This document shows positions 27,792-34,071 of a stretch of DNA of 34,071 bases, piece after piece. The translations under genes and the position numbers were made by a program. This DNA is from Burkholderiales bacterium (GTDB taxonomy: Bacteria > Pseudomonadota > Gammaproteobacteria > Burkholderiales > Ga0077523). The stretch spans positions 1 to 34,071 of the forward strand of contig JAHCKV010000002.1 of the NCBI GenBank assembly GCA_026125595.1, read 5' to 3'. Under the pieces are notes generated by a model, which ran no database searches, was not told the origin of the DNA, and worked only from the letters and a program-made list of their open reading frames with translations. The stretch's first letter is position 1, and each line of letters opens with the position of its first letter.

Positions 27792-30352
27792 ACCCTGCGG
27801 CCAGCGCCAGCAGCACCGGCTGCGGTCCGATCTCGATGCAAACGTCGCAGCCGGGCAAGCGCGTCCAGCGTCGCCATCGCGTCCATGAACGCGACCGGCT
27901 GCCGGATCTGGTCGACCCAGTAGCCGGCGGCGGCGGCCTCGGCGCCGGCGAGGCCGCCGGTCATGCTGGAGATGAAATCGATCCGCGCGGCACCGAACCG
28001 GACGGCATCGGCATGCCGGCGGAACGCCGGCTGCATCGGCGCCATCAGCGCCGAATGAAACCCGTGCGACACAGCGAGCCGCGTGGTCGGAAGGCCGCGG
28101 GCTTCGAGCGCGTTCAGCGCCGCACCCAGCGCAGCGGACGGGCCGGCGATCACGGTATGGGCCGGACCGTTGCACGCGGCGATCTCGACACTTTCGGGCA
28201 GCAACGCGGCGAGGTCTTCGCGGGACGCGCGCACCGCCGCCATGCCACCGGCCGTCGGCAACGCGTGCATCAATCGCGCCCGCGCCGCGAGCAGGCCCAG
28301 CGCCTGGGGCAGATCGACGATGCCCGCCTCCACCGCCGCCGCGTATTCGCCGACGCTGTGCCCGACGACGATCTGCGGCGCGACACCCCACGACCGCCAC
28401 AGCGCGGTCAACGCGTACTGCAGCGCGAACAGCGCCGGCTGCGTGAAGACGGTGGCATCGATGTCGGCCGACGCCGCGACCGTGCCGTCCGGATACAGCA
28501 CCGACCGCAGCGGCCGCTGCAGCATCGGATCGACGATCGCGGCGCACCGGTCGATGGCGTCGCGGAACACCGGCGCGCGTTCGTACAGCGCACGGCCCAT
28601 CTGCACGTACTGGGCGCCCTGCCCGGTGAACAGGAACGCGATTCGCGGCGCGGCGCGGTGCCCGACTTCGGTCGACGGCGTTGCCGCCGCGCGGTCGAGC
28701 TGATCGCGCAGACCCGCTCCATCGGCGGCGACCCACGCGCGACGCAGTGCGAAGTGCGACCGTCCCGTGTTGGCGGAAAAGCACAGATCGGCCAGTGCGA
28801 CGCCGTCTTCACCGAGCGCGTCCCGGTAGCGGGCCACCTGTTCGGCCAGCGCGGCCGGCGACCGTGCCGACACCGCCAGCACATGCAACGGACGATCGAC
28901 GGTGGCAGACACCGCCGGCCGGGACGGCGGCGCTTCCTCGACGATCAGATGCACGTTGGTGCCGCTCATGCCGAAGCTGCTGACACCACCGCGCCGCGGT
29001 CCGGCCGTCGCCGGCCATTCGGTCAGCGCGGTGGGCACGGTGAACGGCAGGCGCGCCCACGGAATCCGTGGACTCGGCGTCGCGAAATGCAGATGGGCCG
29101 GAATCTGCCGATGCTGCAACGACAGGACCAGTTTCATCAGGCCGGCGACACCCGCCGCGCCTTCGAGATGACCGAAATTGGTCTTCACCGAACCGATCAA
29201 CAGCGGCGTTGCGCGCCCGGCGAACACGTCGTTCAGCGCCATGACTTCGATCGGATCGCCGAGCGGCGTCGCGGTGCCGTGGGCCTCCACGTACTGCACG
29301 TCGGCCGGCTGCAAGCCGGCCCGTTGCAGCGCGGCGCGGATCACCGCAGTCTGTGCCGGTCCGCTGGGCGCGGTCAATCCGTTGCTGGCGCCATCGTGGT
29401 TGACCGCCGACCCGCGCACGACCGCGAGCACGCGATCACCGTCGGCCAGCGCGGCCGACAGTTTTTTCAGCACGACGATGCCGCAGCCTTCGCCGCGAGC
29501 ATAGCCCTGGGCCGCTGCGTCGAACGTGCGGCAACGGCCATCGGGCGCCAGCGCGCCCAGTCGGCAGAACCCGATCGTGGCCTCCGGCGACAGCATCAGA
29601 TTGACACCGCCGGCCAGCGCCAGCGTCGCTTCACCGTCGCGCAGGCTCTGGCAGGCCAGATGCACGGCGAGCAACGACGACGAACACGTCGTGTCCAGTT
29701 GCAGCGTCGGCCCCTGCAGACCGAACACGTACGCGATGCGGCCGGCGGCGATGCTGCGGTTGGTGCCGAGACTGCTGTGGGCATCGATGCGCGTCGGATC
29801 GCCGGAGCGCACGCTGCGCTGCGCGTAGTCGTCGAAGCAGACGCCGACGAACACGCCGGTGGCACTGCCGCGCAGATCGAACGCCGGCAGGCCCGCGTGT
29901 TCGAGCGCTTCATGGGTGACTTCCAGCAACAGGCGCTGCTGCGGATCCATCCGGTCGGCCTCGCGTGGCGCGATGCCGAAGAACTGCGGATCGAACTGGT
30001 CGACCTGGTCGAGAAAGCCACCGTGCCGGACATACATCGTGCCGGGTCGCGTCGGATCCGGATCATGGTAGCGATCGATGTCCCACGCGCGCGACGGCAC
30101 TTCGCCGATCGCATCGACACCGTTTTCCAGCAGTCTCCAATACGCTTCCGGCGTGTCGGCACCGCCCGGGTAGCGGCATGCCATGCCGATGATCGCGATC
30201 GGTTCGGCGGTCCGCGGCGTCACCTGCCGCTCGACGGCCTCCAGTTGCGCGCGCAACTGGCGGATCTCGACCGTCGCCTGCCTCAGCAGATCGCGCATCC
30301 GGTTGGGCTCGGCGGCCGCCGATGGCGCGGCCCCATGGGATTCAATCGCCAT
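27698..30352 (-). CDS. Type I PKS module 1, N-terminal segment: docking helix - KS - AT (malonyl-like). Same gene as 22806..27791, interrupted by two apparent +1 frameshifts
   Basis: ATG 30352-30350 shares its A with the upstream TGA. It is in frame with ORF 27698..30835, whose first 161 aa are an out-of-frame overlap. MAIESH...RMRDLLRQATVEIRQLRAQLEAVER forms a coiled-coil. KS ~28930-30205: IAIIGMACRYPGG, DTTCSSSLLAVH (Cys codon 29684-29686), EAHGTATPLGDPIE, GSVKTNFGHLEGAAG, GTNVHLIVEEAP. AT ~27860-28650: FLFTGQGAQY, GHSVGEYAAA, VSHGFHS. The homology-supported reading leaves this frame at 27859, so the tail to the nominal stop at 27698 is R/A-rich nonsense. Confidence 0.88.
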   Translation of the reverse strand: MAIESHGAAPSAAAEPNRMRDLLRQATVEIRQLRAQLEAVERQVTPRTAEPIAIIGMACRYPGGADTPEAYWRLLENGVDAIGEVPSRAWDIDRYHDPDPTRPGTMYVRHGGFLDQVDQFDPQFFGIAPREADRMDPQQRLLLEVTHEALEHAGLPAFDLRGSATGVFVGVCFDDYAQRSVRSGDPTRIDAHSSLGTNRSIAAGRIAYVFGLQGPTLQLDTTCSSSLLAVHLACQSLRDGEATLALAGGVNLMLSPEATIGFCRLGALAPDGRCRTFDAAAQGYARGEGCGIVVLKKLSAALADGDRVLAVVRGSAVNHDGASNGLTAPSGPAQTAVIRAALQRAGLQPADVQYVEAHGTATPLGDPIEVMALNDVFAGRATPLLIGSVKTNFGHLEGAAGVAGLMKLVLSLQHRQIPAHLHFATPSPRIPWARLPFTVPTALTEWPATAGPRRGGVSSFGMSGTNVHLIVEEAPPSRPAVSATVDRPLHVLAVSARSPAALAEQVARYRDALGEDGVALADLCFSANTGRSHFALRRAWVAADGAGLRDQLDRAAATPSTEVGHRAAPRIAFLFTGQGAQYVQMGRALYERAPVFRDAIDRCAAIVDPMLQRPLRSVLYPDGTVAASADIDATVFTQPALFALQYALTALWRSWGVAPQIVVGHSVGEYAAAVEAGIVDLPQALGLLAARARLMHALPTAGGMAAVRASREDLAALLPESVEIAACNGPAHTVIAGPSAALGAALNALEARGLPTTRLAVSHGFHSALMAPMQPAFRRHADAVRFGAARIDFISSMTGGLAGAEAAAAGYWVDQIRQPVAFMDAMATLDALARLRRLHRDRTAAGAAGAGRRVVSAAADGCGCRVCVPAVRVAAAQRPIGNAC

Positions 30353-33300
30353 CAGCGCCGACCCGGTCCGGCACCGGTGATCTCCGCGGCCAGCAGATCC
30401 GCCAGCTCCGCTTCCGACAGATCGTCCAGGTCGGCATCGGCCCCGGCCGTTGCGACGGATCGACCCGCGGACGTCGCGAAATCGGTCACCGGTGGCGCTG
30501 CAGCCCCGAGTTGCGCCAGGTGCTCGGCCAACGCGTGCAGCGTCGGATGGTTCCACGCCAGCGTCGGCTCGAGCGGATCCGCCAACGCCAGTTCGAGCTC
30601 CAGATCCCGCGCCAGCTCGACGGCCATCACGGAATCGACGCCGTAGTCGGCGAACGCCTTGTGCGGATCGATGTCGGTCTCGGGGAACCGCAGGTGCCGC
30701 GCCAGCCACGTGGTCAGCCAACGCCGGATCGTCGCGGCGCTGCGCGCCACCGCGGGTGCCGGCTGTCCGCTTTCGCCCGATGCCGGCGCCGGCGTTGCGC
30801 CGCGCGGCGATGCGGTGCCGGCCCGTCGCAGCCACGCATCCAGATCGCCGTCTTCACCGGCCAGCGCCTGCTCGATGTCGCCGATGCTGTCGCGATAGCC
30901 GGCGATCCATTGCGTGACGGCGCCAGGGGACAGCAGCACCGATTCTTCCGCCGAGTCGCGCAACGCGCGGTCGGCCGCGATGTCGAAGCGCGCCTGCGTC
31001 CAGTCCATGCCACGCCGCCACCCCGCGTCACGCACGGCCGACGCCCCGAGCGCGGCGCGCACGATGGCCCACGCGGCCACCTCGCCGACCGCGACGCAGG
31101 TCCGCCGTTGCGCGGTCACCGCATCGACAAAGGGCGCCGACGTCGTCGCGTGGCGCGCCGCCGCCCGCTCGGCGACGGACCGCAATGCCGACGCGATATC
31201 CGGCATGCCGAGCGCATCGGCGAGAAATCCGTCCAGCGTCGCCGGTTGCCGCAACGTCCGGGCGCCGAGATACATCGCGAGCGCCTCGGTCGGTCCTTCG
31301 AAGATCCGCAGGACCCGCGCATCGCGCAGCATCTGCGGCGCGAGATTGGTCTCGATGTAGCCGCGACCGCCGAGGCATTGCATCAGGTCGTCGGTCGCGC
31401 GCCAGTACCACTCGGGACCGAGAATCTTGCACGCGGCATAGACTTCTTCGGGCACCGCGGCACCGCGATCGAGGCGCTCGCACACGGCATCGACCAGTGC
31501 GCCGAGCGCGGTGATGCCCGCCGTGAGGCCGCTGAGTCGCGTGAGCGTGACCGGATGATCCAGCAACCGGCCGGTCGCGATGGAGCGCCGTGCGCCGTAG
31601 CGCAACATCAACTGCGCGCAGCGCTTCATGCCGCCGACGCAGGCGGCCGCGATCGTCAGCCGGCCGTACATCATCGCGTCCTGGGCGACGGCCATGCCTT
31701 CGCCGGCGCCGCCCAGCCGGTCCGCCGCTCCGACCGGAACGTCGTTCAGATGCACGGCGTTCTGCACCATGCCGCGCATCCCCATGGTCGGCGCTTCGGC
31801 GCCCTGCCGCAGTCCCGGTCGCCCCTTGCGCACCGCGAATCCGCTGATGCCGATTGCATGGCCGCTGCCGTCGACTTCGCGGACGAACACGTGGGTGACG
31901 CCGGCCCACGCGGCGGAGCCGCTCCAGATCTTCGTGCCGTTCAGCGACCAGCCGCCGGCCCGCGGCGTCGCCGACGCCGTGATGCCATGGGGATGGGAGC
32001 CCGCCCCTTCTTCGGTCAGTGCGAACGCCGCCAGCTCCCGGCCGGCAGCCAGTTGCGGCAGCAGCTCGTCGCGCAGCGCCGCATCGCCATGGCGCAGGAT
32101 CGGCCGCACGCCCAGCACGTTGTTCAGGCCGACGAACAGGCCGAGCGTCGCATCGATCGCGCCGAGCTGCTCGATCACCTGCCGCATCGCCCGGTGTCCG
32201 AAGCCGAGGCCGCCGTGGCTCGCCGGCACCTGCATGCCGAGCAGGCCGCGATTGCCGAAGTCGAGCACGACGCCGGGCGACAGACTGCGGCGCTCGTCCA
32301 TCAGCCGGGAATTCAGCGACGTGTCCGCGTAGTCGCGCAGCCATTCGAGCAGCGCCGCCGGCGCGGCGGCCACGGCCGGCTCGACCATCGCCGCCGGCTT
32401 CGAAACCGGAACCGCCACCACGCCGTCCAGTGGCCAGCGCGCCAGCGACGTCAGTTCGCCGGCCGCGAAATCCGCGGCGCAGCGCCGGCGCCGCACCTTG
32501 CCGCTCGGCGTCTTCGGCAACGATCCCGGCTTGACCAGCACGATGACCCGCACCTGCAGACCATGGTCCCGTGACACGGCGGCGCGAATCGCATCGAACA
32601 CGGCTGCCGGCTCGAGCCGGCGCCAGGCCTCGCGCTCGACTTCATGGACGACGACGAGCCGGGGCTCCTCGTCATGATCGACGGTGAAAGCCGCGCCGCC
32701 GCCGGTGGCGAGATCCGGGTGGCTGTGCTCGACGCTGAGCTCGATGTCCTGCGGCGCATGGTTGGCACCGCGGATGACGATCAGGTCACGCAGCCGGCCG
32801 GTCACGTACAGCGCGTCTTCATGGCGGAAACCCAGGTCGCCGGTGCGCAGGAATGGCCGCGGGTCGTTCCCGGTCGCGAGGCGGCCGTCGAACACTGCGG
32901 CACTTCCGGCCTCGGACCGCCAGTATCCCGGCGCGACACTGGCACCGGTCACCCACAGCTCACCGACGTGTCCGTCTTCGACCGGGCGCCGCGTGGACGG
33001 ATCCACGACGCGCAGTTCGAGCCCGTCGACGACGCCGCCGCAGGCCACCAACGGCTGCGCCGTCGCACTCGTCGTCGGCACCATCTGCACGCGGTCGCCG
33101 CGCAACGCATCGCGATCGACGTGCAGCGTCGTCGGCTGCCCGTGCCGCCGGACACCGGACACCATCAGCGTCGCTTCGGCCAGGCCGTAACACGGCAGGA
33201 ACGCCTCGGCGCGGAATCCGTGGGCGGCAAACGCGGCGGCGAATCGCTTCAGCGTACCGCTGCGAACAGTCTCGGCGCCGCTGAACGCGACGGTCCATGG

Positions 33301-34071
33301 ACTCAGGTCGAGACCTTCGCGATCCTGCGGCGCGATGCGGCGCAGGCAGTGCTCGTACGCGAAATTCGGCCCGCCACTGGTCGTGGCACGGAAATGGGAG
33401 ATCGCTTCGAGCCACCGTACCGGCCGGCGCAGGAACGCCGCCGGCGCCATCAGCGTCACCGGGAACCCGCTGAACACCGGCTGCAGGATCCCGCCGATCA
33501 GTCCCATGTCGTGATAGGGCGGCAGCCAGATCACGCCGCGGCTGTCCGGCCCATGGCCGAATACGCGGTGGATCACGCCGAGGTTGTGGTGCAGGTTGGC
33601 GTGGGTCACGCAGACCCCCTGCGGCTGCCGGGTCGACCCCGACGTGTACTGCAGCATCGCGATGCCGTCGACCTCGACCGCGGCGACGTCATGGCCGATC
33701 GTGGCGTCCGGCAACCGATCGGTCTCCCAGCACGGCACGGCCGAACCGGCGCAGTGGCCCGCGTGGATCAGCAGCGGCCCCAGCGCGTCGCGCAGCTTCG
33801 CCGTCGTCAGCACCGCCGCCGGCACCGCATCCGCGACGATGTGCTGCCAGCGATCGGCATCCTGATGGCGACGCGGCGGCGGCACCGGCACGGCGATCAG
33901 TCCGGTCTGCAGGCACGCGAAAAAACCGGCGACGAAATCGAGCCCCGGCGGATACACCAGCAAGACCCGCGGCCGCTCGCCTCCCGCTGCCGGCGGACCG
34001 AAGTGCTCGCACAGCACGCGGGCGATGGCACCGGCGCGCCGGTGCAGATCGCCATAGGTACACGCGATCGC
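30352..34071 (-). CDS. Loading protein: fatty acyl-AMP ligase (FAAL) - acyl-CoA/ACP dehydrogenase (ACAD) - ACP tridomain; 5' end lies outside the window
   Basis: The frame is open from the window edge (AIACTYGDLHRRAGAIARVLCEHF...) to TGA 30354-30352. ORF-track entry 30352..34017 is the same frame from an internal GTG. FAAL ~32428-34071: LQYTSGSTRQPQGV (STRxPxG variant typical of FAALs), PPYHDMGL, FLRTGDLGF, LPKTPSGKVRR. ACAD ~31258-32355: FALTEEGAGSHP, LNGTKIWSG, RIFEGPTE (position of the ACAD catalytic Glu). A spacer of about 170 aa has no motif I recognise. ACP ~30508-30741: FADYGVDSVMAVEL, Ser codon 30631-30633. Confidence 0.9.
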   Translation of the reverse strand, partial: AIACTYGDLHRRAGAIARVLCEHFGPPAAGGERPRVLLVYPPGLDFVAGFFACLQTGLIAVPVPPPRRHQDADRWQHIVADAVPAAVLTTAKLRDALGPLLIHAGHCAGSAVPCWETDRLPDATIGHDVAAVEVDGIAMLQYTSGSTRQPQGVCVTHANLHHNLGVIHRVFGHGPDSRGVIWLPPYHDMGLIGGILQPVFSGFPVTLMAPAAFLRRPVRWLEAISHFRATTSGGPNFAYEHCLRRIAPQDREGLDLSPWTVAFSGAETVRSGTLKRFAAAFAAHGFRAEAFLPCYGLAEATLMVSGVRRHGQPTTLHVDRDALRGDRVQMVPTTSATAQPLVACGGVVDGLELRVVDPSTRRPVEDGHVGELWVTGASVAPGYWRSEAGSAAVFDGRLATGNDPRPFLRTGDLGFRHEDALYVTGRLRDLIVIRGANHAPQDIELSVEHSHPDLATGGGAAFTVDHDEEPRLVVVHEVEREAWRRLEPAAVFDAIRAAVSRDHGLQVRVIVLVKPGSLPKTPSGKVRRRRCAADFAAGELTSLARWPLDGVVAVPVSKPAAMVEPAVAAAPAALLEWLRDYADTSLNSRLMDERRSLSPGVVLDFGNRGLLGMQVPASHGGLGFGHRAMRQVIEQLGAIDATLGLFVGLNNVLGVRPILRHGDAALRDELLPQLAAGRELAAFALTEEGAGSHPHGITASATPRAGGWSLNGTKIWSGSAAWAGVTHVFVREVDGSGHAIGISGFAVRKGRPGLRQGAEAPTMGMRGMVQNAVHLNDVPVGAADRLGGAGEGMAVAQDAMMYGRLTIAAACVGGMKRCAQLMLRYGARRSIATGRLLDHPVTLTRLSGLTAGITALGALVDAVCERLDRGAAVPEEVYAACKILGPEWYWRATDDLMQCLGGRGYIETNLAPQMLRDARVLRIFEGPTEALAMYLGARTLRQPATLDGFLADALGMPDIASALRSVAERAAARHATTSAPFVDAVTAQRRTCVAVGEVAAWAIVRAALGASAVRDAGWRRGMDWTQARFDIAADRALRDSAEESVLLSPGAVTQWIAGYRDSIGDIEQALAGEDGDLDAWLRRAGTASPRGATPAPASGESGQPAPAVARSAATIRRWLTTWLARHLRFPETDIDPHKAFADYGVDSVMAVELARDLELELALADPLEPTLAWNHPTLHALAEHLAQLGAAAPPVTDFATSAGRSVATAGADADLDDLSEAELADLLAAEITGAGPGRR

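Larger units (their letters stand above)
1..34071 (-). other. Partial hybrid fatty-acyl (FAAL) / type I cis-AT PKS / NRPS biosynthetic gene cluster: seven co-directional, tightly packed genes, open at both window edges
   Basis: Every domain-bearing reading frame is on the minus strand. Junctions: ATGA overlap at 30352; 16-nt gap 22790-22805; 28-nt gap 15299-15326; 14-nt gap 9536-9549; 2-nt gap 4757-4758. Five phosphopantetheine carrier motifs, three KS active-site Cys motifs, three AT GHSxG motifs, two A domains and three C/E HHxxxD motifs were read directly from the ORF track or by hand translation. Confidence 0.92.

Noticed and set aside
1679-27862. Programmed ribosomal frameshifting or transcriptional slippage as the explanation for the frame breaks.
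   Set aside because: The events are of both signs (+1 and -1) and occur in clusters of 2-4 within 45-200 nt. They fall at arbitrary points inside folded domains (PCP helices, DH fold, psi-KR). I saw no shared slippery heptamer or downstream structure motif. Sequence error or decay is more parsimonious.
27860-28650. The HGFH variant in the module 1 AT as evidence for an unusual extender unit.
   Set aside because: This is a single-residue deviation from the malonyl-type HAFH motif, and the rest of the AT closely resembles modules 2 and 3. It is not enough to claim altered specificity without a predictor or assay.
9536-30835. N-terminal extensions of the listed ORFs as true starts: 30353..30835, 22790..23017, 15299..15439 and 9536..9682.
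   Set aside because: The extensions overlap the 3' end of the upstream gene in another frame and translate to Arg-rich nonsense. In each case an ATG immediately after or overlapping the upstream stop opens a sensible docking helix followed by the KS or C domain.
620-32574. Very long plus-strand ORFs: 620..1612, 1658..3658, 3782..4951, 5326..6912, 6260..8071, 8096..9628, 10634..12586, 12614..15511, 15117..19715, 18707..20419, 20501..22147, 23487..27923, 27548..30646 and 30322..32574.
   Set aside because: They are antisense shadows of the minus-strand megasynthase genes. Stop codons are rare in about 70% GC DNA. Their translations are R/Q/G/P/H-rich and contain no recognisable catalytic motif. 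Every stretch they cover is explained by a motif-dense minus-strand frame.
838-32768. Minus-strand ORFs in non-coding frames, for example 838..1329, 1333..1848, 2223..3434, 3750..4355, 7110..8000, 8388..9317, 10566..12509, 12852..13541, 15295..16689, 16747..17799, 17845..18666, 20793..22646, 23245..24315, 24412..25707 and 31028..32344.
   Set aside because: These are out-of-frame readings of the same strand with Arg/Gly/Ala-rich nonsense. Only short pieces were used, and only as evidence for local frameshifts. Those pieces are parts of 10566..12509, 10669..10932, 24412..25707, 25034..25516 and 27346..27858.
1-34071. Assignment to a specific known product such as colibactin, xenocoumacin, occidiofungin/burkholdine, friulimicin, ramoplanin or mycosubtilin-type lipopeptides.
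   Set aside because: Only individual features are shared (acyl-D-Asn logic, FAAL priming, ACAD desaturation). The overall domain order recalled for those clusters differs, and no database search was possible. Taxonomic origin (Burkholderia-like codon usage, with frequent GAA/GAT/TTG in a high-GC background) is only an impression.
1-34071. RNA genes, CRISPR arrays, IS/transposase genes, tandem repeats, intrinsic terminators, and a TE or reductase release domain.
   Set aside because: I did not observe any of these. There is no non-coding stretch longer than about 33 nt on the coding strand, and no direct-repeat/spacer periodicity. No transposase-like or GxSxG thioesterase ORF follows a final carrier. 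The assembly line simply runs off the left edge.

Overview
High-GC window (about 70% by eye, not computed). It is essentially all coding on the minus strand for one colinear hybrid fatty-acyl/PKS/NRPS assembly line, open at both window edges.

Genes, read right to left:
1. FAAL-ACAD-ACP tridomain loading protein (5' end beyond 34071).
2. PKS module 1: KS-AT-DH-cMT-ER-KR-ACP.
3. PKS module 2: the same seven-domain architecture.
4. PKS module 3: KS-AT-KR-T.
5. A free-standing luciferase-like monooxygenase (LLM).
6. NRPS C-A(Asn)-T-E.
7. NRPS C(DCL-type)-A(Gly)-T-C-A... (3' end beyond position 1).

Gene junctions are overlaps or gaps of 2-28 nt (33 nt for PKS3/LLM after frame repair), which looks like one operon.

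Predicted intermediate (inference): a fatty acyl starter, possibly alpha,beta-desaturated, is extended by two fully reduced SAM-methylated C2 units and one beta-hydroxy C2 unit. It is then N-linked to D-Asn-Gly-X. I cannot match this to a characterised pathway from memory.

The most unusual sequence-level observation is that five of the seven genes are broken or locally scrambled by small clustered 1-nt indels. I place about 13 frame changes by domain homology and third-position GC. This means either locally poor sequence or a decaying cluster.

I saw no rRNA, tRNA, CRISPR, IS element or obvious terminator. All long plus-strand ORFs are antisense shadow ORFs. Domain boundaries are hand estimates (roughly +/-30-60 nt). 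Nothing was computed with tools.
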